Position numbers and translations under genes: made by a program
Notes under the pieces: generated by a model
What the model saw: only the letters and a program-made list of their open reading frames with translations
What the model was told of the DNA's origin: nothing
Databases searched by the model: none
Assembly: GCA_963748295.1 (NCBI GenBank)
Contig: CAVVIH010000008.1
Location: forward strand, 244,438 to 308,437
Reading direction: 5' to 3'
Source: an uncultured Acidobacteriota bacterium
GTDB taxonomy: Bacteria; Acidobacteriota; Vicinamibacteria; Vicinamibacterales; 2-12-FULL-66-21
DNA: 64,000 nucleotides
Part shown: positions 29,171 to 39,358 of the stretch, piece after piece
Numbering within the stretch: the first letter of the stretch is position 1
How the letters are laid out: each line of letters opens with the position of its first letter

Positions 29171-32170
29171 CTATTGCTGCGACGTCGACGTGCGGCGCGC
29201 GCCGGCGCGGCCGGCGTCGAGATCGTTCCAGTGCAGAATCGCGTTGAATCCGAGGAAGTAGGTCCCCTGCGTCTGCCAGCGCCAGAACGGGCGGATGGCG
29301 AACATCACGACATGCCCCTCGCCGACCGGCGCATCGACGACCTGCGCGCGATTCGCGAGCGACTGGCCGCCGACGAGCACGCCCGACAGCAGCATGTCGT
29401 CGGGATTGGATGGGAACTGCAGCACGACGCGCGCGCGGCTCTCGGCGTCGCCGCCGCCGAAGCCACCGCGTCCGCCGCCGCCACCACGCCCGCCGCGGCC
29501 GCTTTCATCCGCCGCGGGAGCCGCCCCGCGCTGCGCGCCACGGCCCTGACCGGTCGATGTCGATGCCGGGTTGTCCGGATCCCACGTCGACAGGCGCTGC
29601 TGCGACGCGGTCGCCATCGGCGTCGTGTTCATGCCGACGCCTCCCGGACCGCCCTCGCCGCCGCCGCGGCCGCCGCCGAATCCGCCGCCGCCGCCGGCGC
29701 TCAGCACCGGCGCCTGGCTGAAGTAGACCGGCACCTGCGCATCGTAGCCATACGCGATCGGACTCCGCCGATCCGCGAACACGCCGCGCATGACCGATCC
29801 GCGGACGAACAGACCGTCGGGATTCTCGACCGAAATGCCGCTCGTCACGTTGTACTCGGGGAAGATGGTCGACGTCGACCCTTCGACGATCAGCGTGCCG
29901 CCCTGCTGGACGAACTTGACCAGCTCCATCAGCCCTTCCCAGCCCATGCCGCCGCGGATGTCGTCAGTCTCGTCGATTCCGCCGAGGTTCGGCGTGTCCG
30001 CCGACTTCTTGTACGGCAGCGGCAGCTTGCCGGTGCGCGCGATGCCGGCGACCTGCGACTGCGCGTTGCCGCCGACGTGCGGGTAGACGATCACGTCGTA
30101 CTTCTGACGGAGGTTGCCCTCGCGCAGCTTGAGATCCGCGAAGTAGGTGTAAGGGATGCCGAACGTGTCGAACGCCGCGCGGACCCAGCCCTCGTTCTGC
30201 GTGTTCGCCCACGAGTGGACGTAGCCGATGCGCGGGATGTCGACGTCGTGCATGGCGACGCCCGGCGCCGACGCGACGGCAAACCCGGAGAGCCCCAGGT
30301 CGCGGAGCGTGGGCTCGATCTTCGCGCGATCGGCGCCGGCAATCACGAACGCGCCGGCGCGGAACTTGCGCCCGCCCGCCTCGAAGTCCTCTTCCGCCGC
30401 CTGCATTTTGACGTCCGCGTGCTTGAACCGGAACGTCACGAGGTTGTTGTCCGTCGTGTGATCGACCACGATCACCGACCCGCTTCCTTCGATGCCGCCC
30501 GACGCTTTCGCGTCCGCGGTGAGCAGCGTCGACGGCTGATCGAGGATCGCCTTGTCCGTCACCGGCTTCACGACGACGTTGCGCATCAACTGGAAGGTCC
30601 ACCCGGTGTCGTCGTACGGCCGCGGATTGGACGGCGCGTAGTTCTGAATCGACATGTACATGTCGGCCAGCGTGCGATACGGCTGATCCCCGCGGATGAC
30701 GTAGTCGCCCGCCTGGACCTCCACGCTGCCCGCCTTGTAGGCCGACGAGGCGCGACTCACCTCGAGACCCTGACGCCGCAGCTCGTTGATCGCGTCGGCG
30801 GCATCCGCCTTGCGCCGCTGGTTGGCCGGGACGACCCAGCCATAGGTCGGACCGGTCTTGCCGCGCTCGACCGCGCGCTTGTTCTTGATCCAGTAGTTCT
30901 CGAGGTAGGTGTCCTTGTTCTTCGCGACGTGATTGAGCGCGATCAGGATCGCCGACTGCTGGATGTTCGTGTTGTTGCGCGGCCCCCAGTTGATCGTCGG
31001 GAGCGGCGGGTTGGGGCGGAACCATTCACGGCTGGTCACGTTGCCGCCGGCGGTGACCACCCGGTTCTCCGGCCCGTAGCCCATGACCTCGTAGAACCTG
31101 CCGACCGCGTTGTGGGTGTGGGCGATGAAGAACATGTAGTTCGGCACCCAGCCGTCGTAGAAACCGTAGGTCCACACGCCGGGCACGCCGCGCTTGGTCA
31201 TCTCCATCACTTCGGTCTTGGCGAGCAGCCACCACTCGTCGATCGTGATCGGATCGATCTGCTCGTTGTAGGGGCCGGTGCCGGTTGACGCGTACAGATA
31301 AGTCTGCGCCTCGTGCAGGTCGTGCATGATCGTCGGCTTCCAGTCGATGAAGGTCTTCGTCACGTTCCGCGTCAGCGCCAGAAACTGCCCCATGCCGTCG
31401 CGATTGTTGTCGTGCGCGACGTATTTGCCCCAATACATCAGCGGCAGACGCTGTTCGCCCTGCGGCCGCTTCTTGTTGAAGTAGTAGGTGTCGACCTGCT
31501 TCTCGCGGCCGTCGACCTCGATGACCGGCGTGATCAGCGTGATGACGTTGTTGCGAATCTGCTGGATGAACGGCGACTCGCCGACCGCGAGGCGGTACGG
31601 CAGCTCGATCAGCATTTCCGGGCCGCCGGTCTCGGTCGAGTGCATGCCGCTCGTGATCCAGTAGATCGGCTTCGCCGTCTTCAGCAGCTGCTGCGCCTGC
31701 TCCTCGGTCGTCTTGCGCGGGTCGGTGAGCGCGGCGATCATCCCCTTGTACTTGTCGATCTGCTTGATCGTGGCCTCGTCGGCAACGGCGAGGAGCACCA
31801 TGTCGCGCCCTTCTTCCGTCTTGCCGATGTTCCACATCGCGATCCGGTCGGAGGCCTTGTCGATCGCCTGGTAATACCGGTAGATGTCCTTCGCGTACGT
31901 CAGCTCGCCGGGCGTGCCCGGCATGCGCCCGAAGAACTTCAGCGGCGTCGGCACGGTGTCCGAGGCGGGCAGATGGTCGACGAGCTCGGTGATGATCCGC
32001 GGATCCTGCGTGTATTCCTTGATCTTCGCGGTGTATTCCTCGTCGATCTTCTGCTTCGGCGCCTGTGGACGCGACTGCGCGGCGGGGCGCAGCCCAGGCG
32101 CGGCGATCGACAACAGGCAAACGATCAACGCGAAGCGCCAGAACGTGCTTCGCAGCGGCACACGGCTCAT
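29171..32170 (-). CDS. M14-family zinc carboxypeptidase-like protein, 999 aa, secreted
   Basis: The signal peptide is MSRVPLRSTFWRFALIVCLLSIAAPG. The zinc motif HxxE occurs in WITSGMHSTETGGPEMLIELPYRL. A Gly/Arg-rich low-complexity insertion lies near the C-terminus (nt about 29440-29710). Confidence 0.8.
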   Translation of the reverse strand: MSRVPLRSTFWRFALIVCLLSIAAPGLRPAAQSRPQAPKQKIDEEYTAKIKEYTQDPRIITELVDHLPASDTVPTPLKFFGRMPGTPGELTYAKDIYRYYQAIDKASDRIAMWNIGKTEEGRDMVLLAVADEATIKQIDKYKGMIAALTDPRKTTEEQAQQLLKTAKPIYWITSGMHSTETGGPEMLIELPYRLAVGESPFIQQIRNNVITLITPVIEVDGREKQVDTYYFNKKRPQGEQRLPLMYWGKYVAHDNNRDGMGQFLALTRNVTKTFIDWKPTIMHDLHEAQTYLYASTGTGPYNEQIDPITIDEWWLLAKTEVMEMTKRGVPGVWTYGFYDGWVPNYMFFIAHTHNAVGRFYEVMGYGPENRVVTAGGNVTSREWFRPNPPLPTINWGPRNNTNIQQSAILIALNHVAKNKDTYLENYWIKNKRAVERGKTGPTYGWVVPANQRRKADAADAINELRRQGLEVSRASSAYKAGSVEVQAGDYVIRGDQPYRTLADMYMSIQNYAPSNPRPYDDTGWTFQLMRNVVVKPVTDKAILDQPSTLLTADAKASGGIEGSGSVIVVDHTTDNNLVTFRFKHADVKMQAAEEDFEAGGRKFRAGAFVIAGADRAKIEPTLRDLGLSGFAVASAPGVAMHDVDIPRIGYVHSWANTQNEGWVRAAFDTFGIPYTYFADLKLREGNLRQKYDVIVYPHVGGNAQSQVAGIARTGKLPLPYKKSADTPNLGGIDETDDIRGGMGWEGLMELVKFVQQGGTLIVEGSTSTIFPEYNVTSGISVENPDGLFVRGSVMRGVFADRRSPIAYGYDAQVPVYFSQAPVLSAGGGGGFGGGRGGGEGGPGGVGMNTTPMATASQQRLSTWDPDNPASTSTGQGRGAQRGAAPAADESGRGGRGGGGGRGGFGGGDAESRARVVLQFPSNPDDMLLSGVLVGGQSLANRAQVVDAPVGEGHVVMFAIRPFWRWQTQGTYFLGFNAILHWNDLDAGRAGARRTSTSQQ

Positions 32171-32269
32171 ACAACCCTCCTCAAAAGTCCGGCGGGGAAC
32201 GTCGCGTTATAACACAGGGAGACTCGGCCGCCCAAGCGTCGTGGCAGTCGCTTTGCTTCGATCCGGCGC

Positions 32270-33407
32270 ATGTTGGCCCGATTCCACCTGCCGCTGAGTT
32301 GGGGCGAGGTCGTCAAAAGAACGTTCAAAGAAGCCGTCGCAGATGATGTCCCCAGCCTGGCAGCTCAGCAGGCCTACTACTTCTTCTTCGCCCTGTTCCC
32401 GGCAATCCTGGCGCTGCTGTCGATTGCAAGCTTCTTCCCGATCGCGAACCTGACGGACGAAATCGTCGCACGGCTCAATCAGGTAGCGCCTCCGGAGGTC
32501 GTTCGGATCATCGCTGACGAGATCGCCAAGCTGTCGGGAAGCAAGACCGGCGGCATCCTGACCATCGCATTCCTGTTCACCTTGTGGAGCAGTTCGAGCG
32601 CGATGCTGTCGATGAGCACCACGCTCAACGTGGCGTACGACGTCACCGAGAGCCGGCCATGGTGGAAGACGCGTCTCATCGCCATTGCGCTTACCCTCGG
32701 GCTCGCGCTCTTCGTTCTCGTGTCGATGACGCTCATCATCGCCGGGCCGACGCTCGCAGAACGGATCGCATCGGTACTTCCAGCTGGGGCCCGTATTCGA
32801 GTGGACCTGGAAGATCCTCCAGTGGCCCGTCGTCTTCATCCTCGTATCGAGCGCGATTGCGCTCGTCTATTACTTCGCGCCCGACGTCGAGCAGGACTGG
32901 GTCTGGATTACGCCGGGCTCGGTGATGGCGACGGCGGTGTGGGTGCTCGTTTCGCTGGGATTCAAGTTCTATCTGTCGTCGCTCGGCGGCGGCGAGACGT
33001 ACAAGGCGTACGGCGTGATCGGCGGCGTGATGGTGCTGCTGCTGTGGTTCTATCTCTCAGGTCTCGCGATTCTCCTCGGTGCGGAGCTCAACGCGGAGAT
33101 CGAACATGCGTCGCCGTACGGGAAGGACGTCGGCGAGCGCAGGCCGGGAGAAAAGAAGAAAGTGGGGCCCGCTGCCGAGCGCGCCGCGGAGGAACTGCGC
33201 GCGCGCGGCGTGATGGATGCGCCGCCGTTTCCTGAAGACGTGAATTGCGACCTGGATCGGCCCGCGACGCGCAAGCCGAAACCGGCCGGGACCCGTCCGA
33301 GCGCGCTCCTCATCGGCGCCGCCGCACTGCTGCCGGCGACGCTCAGGATCGCGCGCGATCTCAAAAAGAAGATCAGCGAGGACCGCGCCCGGGATCGGGC
33401 GGCGTAG
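32270..33407 (+). pseudogene. YihY/BrkB-family membrane protein; one frameshift as sequenced
   Basis: ORF 32270..33235 (AAQQAYYFFFALFPAILALL...) loses homology near 32770. The mod-0 frame then reads ...YFQLGPVFEWTWKILQWPVVFILVSSAIALVYYFAPDVEQDWVWITPGSVMATAVWVLVS and continues as ORF 32922..33407. Confidence 0.8.
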
Positions 33408-34002
33408 CAGGCTGCCACGCGTCGGGCCGCAGCTTGCCGCCCCATCCCCAGTAGACCGGGGGCGCCGGCGGCCGCGGCGCCAGCTGCGCCGGCGCGAAGG
33501 TGGACACCGGCATTCCAAACCAGCGCAGTTGCTCTGACGGCGGTTGCACGAGCTGTCCGAACGGCTGCTGCACGAGCCGCCCCTTTGGCTGATTCACCAG
33601 GTGACCGCGTGCGCGGATGCTTGACGCCACCGGTACATAAACGGGGACCGGCACGACGACCTGCTGGACGACAGGAGGGTCATGCTCCACCACGATCACC
33701 TGCGGCGCCGGCGGCGGGGCCGCTTCGATCGGTGGCTGAGATTCGGGACGCGGCGCGGGCCTTGACCGGCCGCTCCGCACCATCGCCTCGATCACCTTCT
33801 CGGTAACACCGGCTGCCTTCAGCTCCCTGAGTGTCGCGTTGTCGATCGTGAACACTCCGCCATCGACCTCGACGAGGGCGAGCAGAACGGCCTCGCCAAG
33901 TCCGGCACGGCTGAGGTCGATGATATCTTTGGCGGAAACCGCGTCCGCCCGTCCGGCAGCGAACAGGAACGCGATCAGAAAGAGGGAGCCGAGGCGCGTC
34001 AT
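33373..34002 (-). CDS. Hypothetical secreted protein
   Basis: An internal ATG at 34002 in ORF 33373..34137 is preceded by GGAGG and gives the signal peptide MTRLGSLFLIAFLFAAGRADA. Two short motifs of the type AG(L/V)xExV(L/I)xA(L/M)V are followed by a Pro/Val/Gln-rich tail. I recognise no family. Confidence 0.55.
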   Translation of the reverse strand: MTRLGSLFLIAFLFAAGRADAVSAKDIIDLSRAGLGEAVLLALVEVDGGVFTIDNATLRELKAAGVTEKVIEAMVRSGRSRPAPRPESQPPIEAAPPPAPQVIVVEHDPPVVQQVVVPVPVYVPVASSIRARGHLVNQPKGRLVQQPFGQLVQPPSEQLRWFGMPVSTFAPAQLAPRPPAPPVYWGWGGKLRPDAWQPATPPDPGRGPR

Positions 34003-34165
34003 GGGACCTCCCAAAAGCCAGTCTACTCCTGAGGACAATCTGTCATCCAGCGGTTTCGGCTGGGACACCCAAGTGATGGGTTTCCGCTGAATTTCAGGGC
34101 CTTTTGGACCGATACTCGAGGCATAGCTCTTGCTCATTCACGAGACGTTCCAGGGAGCAGCCATC

Positions 34166-35176
34166 ATGATTTCGAAGCCCCTCGTCGCAGCCTTTCTAGC
34201 GGCCGGTTGTGTAGGCGCCGCCGCGGCAGGGGCTTATGTGGCCGTCCGCCAGGACGCACCAGAAACCGCCGCAACGCCGGTGGTCCAGGCGGCGGACTCG
34301 ACGCCCGCGGCCACGCCAGTTGCGGAAACTGAAGCGATCGTTACGCCCGCTCCGTCGGCGGCGCCGGCTCCGGCTGCCCCGGCGCCCGATACGAACGTGG
34401 AAAGGCCATCGACTCCGGCGGCGCGGCCGGCCGCCAGACCGGCCCCGGAAACCCGCAAGCCGCGCGCCGCCGATCGGACCGAAGTTCGTGAACGCCCCGC
34501 TCCGTCGGCGCCTTCGTCCGAACGAGCGTCCGCTCCGATCGAATCGCCCGCTCCGGTTTCCACAGCACGGCCCGAGGCAACGATCCCGCCGGCGCCTCCG
34601 ATTCCTGAGCCGCCGCCGGCGCCGCTGGAACCCCAGTTCGTGCAGGTCGTCGTTCCGGCCTCGTCCGTCATCGGCTTGCACGTGGAGTCTTCGCTGTCGA
34701 GCGAACGCGCGCGTGTCGAGGATCGCGTGGATGCGCGTGTCACCCGCGACGTCAGCGTCGCCGGCCGCGTCGCGATTCCCGCGGGTTCGCGCGTCGTCGG
34801 CTCCGTCGTGTCGGTGGAACGCGGCGGCAAGATCAAGGAGCGCGCCCGGCTCGGCGTGCGCTTCCACACGCTCGTCTTCGCCGATGGCACCGAGGTGCCG
34901 ATCCGCACCGACGCGATCTACCGCGAAGGAGACTCGCCGGGCAGCGAGAGCGCGAAGAAGATCGGCGTCGGAGCCGCGGGGGGCGCCATTCTCGGCGCCA
35001 TTCTCGGCGGCGGCAAGGGCGCGGCGATCGGCGGTGCGGCCGGAGCTGCCGGCGGGACCGCTGTGGTCATGGCCGGCGATCGCAATGCCGCTACGCTTCC
35101 TGCCGGGACGATCGTCACGGTTCGGCTCACCGACCCGGTGACGGTCGACGTCGAAAAACGCGACCAAGATCGCTGA
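34166..35176 (+). CDS. Hypothetical membrane-anchored protein with Pro/Ala-rich linker and C-terminal glycine-zipper segment
   Basis: ATG at 34166 gives MISKPLVAAFLAAGCVGAAAAGAYVAV, a TM anchor. About 150 aa of P/A/S-rich sequence follow, then a folded-looking domain and GVGAAGGAILGAILGGGKGAAIGGAAGAAGG. Confidence 0.6.
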   Translation: MISKPLVAAFLAAGCVGAAAAGAYVAVRQDAPETAATPVVQAADSTPAATPVAETEAIVTPAPSAAPAPAAPAPDTNVERPSTPAARPAARPAPETRKPRAADRTEVRERPAPSAPSSERASAPIESPAPVSTARPEATIPPAPPIPEPPPAPLEPQFVQVVVPASSVIGLHVESSLSSERARVEDRVDARVTRDVSVAGRVAIPAGSRVVGSVVSVERGGKIKERARLGVRFHTLVFADGTEVPIRTDAIYREGDSPGSESAKKIGVGAAGGAILGAILGGGKGAAIGGAAGAAGGTAVVMAGDRNAATLPAGTIVTVRLTDPVTVDVEKRDQDR

Positions 35177-35246
35177 GGACGTTCGCCGCGCAGGTTGACG
35201 GGAGCGTTTCCGCAGTCGAAAATGCGGGAATGTTCAGCGGGCCAGA

Positions 35247-36686
35247 ATGACCGAGGATCGTCGCCGCCTCGGCGACATGGATCCTCAGGAGTTCCGACGC
35301 GAAGCCCACCGCCTGGTGGACTGGGTCGCCGACTATTTTTCCAGCGTCGAGCTCTATCCGGTGCTCGCCAGGGTTCAGCCGGGCGACATTCAGAGCGCGC
35401 TTCCTGCCGAAGCGCCCGAACGCGGCGAGAGCTTCGATCAAATCCTCTCCGACTTTGAGCGCGTGCTGATGCCCGGCATCACGCACTGGAACCACCCTGG
35501 CTTCTTCGCCTACTTCGCCATCACCGGCAGCGGTCCCGGCGTACTTGCCGACCTTGTCTCCTCGGCGCTGAACGTTCAGGCGATGTTGTGGCGGACCTCT
35601 CCGGCGGCAACCGAGCTCGAGGAAGTCACGCTCGCCTGGCTCCGGCAGTTGATGCGCCTGCCCGACAGCTTCGAGGGCGTGATCTACGACACGGCGTCGA
35701 TCTCAACGCTCCATGCGCTTGCCGCCGCGCGTGAGGCCGCCGTGCCGGACATCAGGACCGCAGGCATGGCGGGGCGTGCCGACCTTCCGCGCCTGCGCGT
35801 GTACTGCTCCGAGCACGCGCATTCGTCGGTCGACAAGTCGGTCATCCTGCTCGGACTCGGCCACGAATCGCTGCGGCACATTCCGGCCGACGACGAGTTC
35901 AGGATGCAGGCGGAAGCGTTGACCGCCGCCGTGACCGAGGACAGGAAGAACGGATGGCTGCCGATTGCGGCGGTCGCCACGGTCGGCACGACGTCGACGA
36001 CGAGCGTGGACCCGGTGCCGGAGATCGCCAGGATCTGCAAGCGGGAGAAAATCTGGCTGCACGTCGATGCCGCCTATGCGGGGGTCGCGGCGATGCTGCC
36101 CGACTTCGAATGGGTGCTGGCGGGCGCCGAGAAAGCCGACTCGCTCGTCGTCAATCCCCACAAGTGGCTGTTCACGCCGTTCGATCTGAGCGCGTTCTAC
36201 TCGCCGCGCATGGACGTCGTGCGCAAGGCGTTTTCTCTTACTCCCGACTACCTGAAGACAGTGGAGTCCGCGCCGGTTCGAAATCTGATGGATACGGGCA
36301 TTCAGCTTGGGCGGCGCTTCCGCGCGCTCAAACTCTGGATGGTTCTCCGGCATTTTGGAGCGGACGGCCTGCGGCAGCGCCTGGCGGAACACATGCGGCT
36401 CGCCCAGCTCTTTGCCGAATGGGTCGATGCGAGCACTGATTTCATTCGCGTGGCGCCCGTGCCCTTCAGCGTCGTCTGCTTCCGCGCCGATGCCGACGAT
36501 GCGTTCAACGAACGGCTGCTCGAGGCGGTGAATTCGGGTGGCGAAGTGTTCCTGTCGCATACGCGCCTGCACGATCGCTTCGTGCTGCGGCTCGCGATCG
36601 GCAATCTGCGGACCACCGAAGCGCACGTTGCGCGCGCATGGGCGCTGCTGCAGGAAGCGGCGCTCCAGCTTCGCACTTCAGTTTGA
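35247..36686 (+). CDS. Pyridoxal-dependent group II decarboxylase (aromatic-L-amino-acid decarboxylase-like)
   Basis: A 479-aa ORF. Typical segments are HWNHPGFFAYF and the PLP-lysine motif NPHKWLFTPFD. The alternative start at 35277 (MDPQEF) cannot be excluded. Confidence 0.85.
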   Translation: MTEDRRRLGDMDPQEFRREAHRLVDWVADYFSSVELYPVLARVQPGDIQSALPAEAPERGESFDQILSDFERVLMPGITHWNHPGFFAYFAITGSGPGVLADLVSSALNVQAMLWRTSPAATELEEVTLAWLRQLMRLPDSFEGVIYDTASISTLHALAAAREAAVPDIRTAGMAGRADLPRLRVYCSEHAHSSVDKSVILLGLGHESLRHIPADDEFRMQAEALTAAVTEDRKNGWLPIAAVATVGTTSTTSVDPVPEIARICKREKIWLHVDAAYAGVAAMLPDFEWVLAGAEKADSLVVNPHKWLFTPFDLSAFYSPRMDVVRKAFSLTPDYLKTVESAPVRNLMDTGIQLGRRFRALKLWMVLRHFGADGLRQRLAEHMRLAQLFAEWVDASTDFIRVAPVPFSVVCFRADADDAFNERLLEAVNSGGEVFLSHTRLHDRFVLRLAIGNLRTTEAHVARAWALLQEAALQLRTSV

Positions 36687-36804
36687 TCCCCCCGAAGGCA
36701 TACCGCTTGCACCCTCGAATGGCGCCGCCGACTCGACTGGATGAGTCGGAGGTTGGAACGCGGCCCGCGCCTGCAGAGCGGTCGCGACAGATGCGAGGAG
36801 CGAT

Positions 36805-37439
36805 ATGTCAGCACGGAAGCACGTAATTTCGGCACTCCTGGGAATCCTGAGTTTGATTGCAGTTCCGCGAGCCGCCTCGGCCGACTGGCTGTTCACGCCG
36901 TTCATCGGCACGGCATTCAGCGTCGGTGCGGACTTCGGAGACACGTTCGAAGGAGCGCTCGAATTCGAGCGCCGCTTCACCTACGGCGCATCGCTCGGCT
37001 ACATGGGTGCCGGCGTCATCGGCTTCGAGTTCGACTTCGGCTACGCGCCGAATTTTTTCGAAACGACGACAATCGATGACGACGATTTCGACTTCGCGAA
37101 CGACAGCAACGTCACGACGCTGATGGCGAACGTGCTGCTGGGGATCCCGGTCGGTGGAACGACGGGACCGGGCTTCAGACCCTATGCCGTCGGGGGCATC
37201 GGACTGATGCGCACGCACGTCGAGGGCGCGGGTCTGTTCTTCGAGGATCTGGACAGCAACGACTGGGGATTCAACGTCGGGGCGGGCTTTCACGGATTCT
37301 TCACCGACAATTTCGGGATTCGCGGCGACATCCGGTATTTCAGGGCGTTCGCGAGCAGCGACGAAGGAGAGGATTTCATTTCGATATCAGCGACTTCGAC
37401 TTCTGGCGAGTGACCGCTGGCGTTACGTTCCGCTGGTAA
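36805..37439 (+). pseudogene. Small outer-membrane beta-barrel protein; one frameshift near the 3' end as sequenced
   Basis: The signal peptide is MSARKHVISALLGILSLIAVPRAASA and alternating beta-strand patterns follow. The tracked ORF ends ...ISISATSTSGE* at 37413. After a shift at about 37372-37378, the adjacent frame reads FHFDISDFDFWRVTAGVTFRW* (TAA 37437-37439), a typical aromatic barrel terminus. Confidence 0.7.
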
Positions 37440-37446
37440 GAGCTGC

Positions 37447-37510
37447 CAACTCCCAACGCCTCAACTCCCAATTCCCAACTTGGGAGTTGGAAGTTGGGAG
37501 TTGGGAGTTG
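37447..37510. terminator. Long imperfect hairpin built from CAACTCCCAA / TTGGGAGTTG iterations between convergent genes
   Basis: The left arm is caactcccaacgcctcaactcccaattcccaa and the right arm is cttgggagttggaagttgggagttgggagttg. The outer 10 bp and inner 6 bp pair perfectly. It lies between the OMP stop (37439) and the sixA stop (37515). Confidence 0.55.
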
Positions 37511-37514
37511 AACG

Positions 37515-37949
37515 TTATTCAAGCCGCCACACCTCGCGCCATTCCCGTTCATCAAACTCCAGCGCGACGAGCCCGTGCAGCGGAAACGGCACGCGATCGT
37601 CGCGCTGCAGCAGCAGGGCGTGGACACGTTCGAGGTTGGGCATGTGTCCGACGAGCATCACGTCGCGGGTTTCGCCGGCGACCTGATCCCGTACGAATTC
37701 CGGCGCATCATTGGGCTGCAGGCCGCGCGTGGCGCTGAACTCCGCGAGCGCGTTGCAGGCGCGCCACATCGCCTCGGCGGTCTGGCGCGCGCGCAGCTTC
37801 CCGCTGTGCCAGACCACCTCGGGCTTGACGCCGCGCGCGGCAGCCTCGCCGGCGAGGCGTTCGGCGTGCATACGCCCGCGTTCGCTCAGCGGACGCTGCG
37901 CGTCCACGTCAGGGGAAACGGCGTCGGCGTGATGGACGAGATAAACCAT
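37515..37949 (-). CDS. sixA: SixA-like phosphohistidine phosphatase (histidine phosphatase family)
   Basis: This 144-aa ORF is collinear with SixA (MVYLVHHADAVS...RPLSERG...VMLVGHMPNL). The N-terminal catalytic motif reads HH rather than the canonical RH. Confidence 0.7.
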   Translation of the reverse strand: MVYLVHHADAVSPDVDAQRPLSERGRMHAERLAGEAAARGVKPEVVWHSGKLRARQTAEAMWRACNALAEFSATRGLQPNDAPEFVRDQVAGETRDVMLVGHMPNLERVHALLLQRDDRVPFPLHGLVALEFDEREWREVWRLE

Positions 37950-37966
37950 CGCCCTCGAGCCTCTGG

Positions 37967-39355
37967 TCAGATGGCTGAACGCAGCCAGGTCTTCAGTTCA
38001 GCGAGCGCCGCGGCGACCGAGTCGGGATGCGTCGACTGCGGCGTGCGCTTGCGCGCGACCGATGCGGACGCCGAGACGGCCTGCCGCACATCCGCCTCGA
38101 ACAGCGGCGAATGCCGCCGCCATTCGTCGACGCTCAGATCGTCGAACGCGCGTCCTTCCGCGAGCAGCCGGCGCACCAGCGCGCCCACGATCTCGTGGGC
38201 ATCACGGAACGGCACTCCTTTGCCGACCAGATAGTCCGCCACATCGGTGGCGAGCAGCAAGCCGGAGGCGGCGCGCCCGGCGGCGGCGCGGTTCAGCGAG
38301 ATGCCGCCGAGCACCGACGCGGTGGCGTCGAGCGAGGCCCGGAGCGTGTCTTCCGCTTCGAACAGCGCTTCCTTGTCTTCCTGAAGATCCTTGCTGTATC
38401 CGATCGGCAGGCCCTTCATCGTCGTCAGCCACCCCGCGGTTCGGCCGATGACCCGCCCCGCTTTGCCGCGCACCAGCTCCAGCGGATCGGGGTTCTTCTT
38501 CTGCGGCATCAGGCTGCTGCCGGTGGCCGCGGTGTCGGCCAGCTCCATGAAGCCGAACTCCTCCGACGTGAACAGGATCAGATCTTCGGCAAGCCGGCTG
38601 ACGTGAATCATCGCCAGCGCGCTCGTATGGAGGAACGACGCCACGAAATCACGGTCGCCGGTCGCGTCGATGCTGTTCGCCACGATTCGCGTAAAGCCCA
38701 GGCGCTCGGCCAGCCACGTCACGTCGATCGGATAACTCGTGCCGGCGATCGCGCCGGACCCGAGCGGAAGCTCGTCGATTTCCTGGAGCACGAACGCCAT
38801 GCGCCGGTGGTCGCGGCGGAACGCTGAGGCGTGCGCAAGAAAGAAATGCGCAACGAGAATCGGCTGCGCGCGGCGCAGGTGCGTGTAGGACGGCATGAGC
38901 GCGTCGCCGGCACGTTCGGCCTGACCGGCGAGCACCGAAATCACCGATGCCAGCGCCCGCTGCATCTCGGGGACACGCCGCTTCAGATACAAACGTAAAT
39001 CGACGGCGACCTGCTCGTTGCGCGACCGTCCGGTGTGGAGACGCCGGCCGGCTTCGCCGACGCGGTGTACCAGCTCGCGCTCGACGAATGCGTGCACGTC
39101 CTCGTCACCCTTGGCCGGCTCGGACTGGAAGAAGGCGGGGTCCGAGCCCGCGGCAAGGATCTGCTGCAGCCCGCTTGCGATGTCGGACGCATCCTTGTCG
39201 CTCAACACACCGGCGCGATGCAGCGCCTCCGCCCACGCCTGACTCCCCCGCACGTCGTCCGCGAACAGACGACGGTCGAACCTGAACGACGCGCCGAACT
39301 CGAACAGCGCGGCGTCCGGATCGCCCTCGAAACGTCCTGACCAGAGATGCGACAT
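37967..39355 (-). CDS. argH: Argininosuccinate lyase
   Basis: A 462-aa ORF with the fumarate-lyase signature GSSLMPQKKNPD and the ArgH-typical N-terminus LWSGRFEG. Confidence 0.95.
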   Translation of the reverse strand: MSHLWSGRFEGDPDAALFEFGASFRFDRRLFADDVRGSQAWAEALHRAGVLSDKDASDIASGLQQILAAGSDPAFFQSEPAKGDEDVHAFVERELVHRVGEAGRRLHTGRSRNEQVAVDLRLYLKRRVPEMQRALASVISVLAGQAERAGDALMPSYTHLRRAQPILVAHFFLAHASAFRRDHRRMAFVLQEIDELPLGSGAIAGTSYPIDVTWLAERLGFTRIVANSIDATGDRDFVASFLHTSALAMIHVSRLAEDLILFTSEEFGFMELADTAATGSSLMPQKKNPDPLELVRGKAGRVIGRTAGWLTTMKGLPIGYSKDLQEDKEALFEAEDTLRASLDATASVLGGISLNRAAAGRAASGLLLATDVADYLVGKGVPFRDAHEIVGALVRRLLAEGRAFDDLSVDEWRRHSPLFEADVRQAVSASASVARKRTPQSTHPDSVAAALAELKTWLRSAI

Positions 39356-39358
39356 CGA

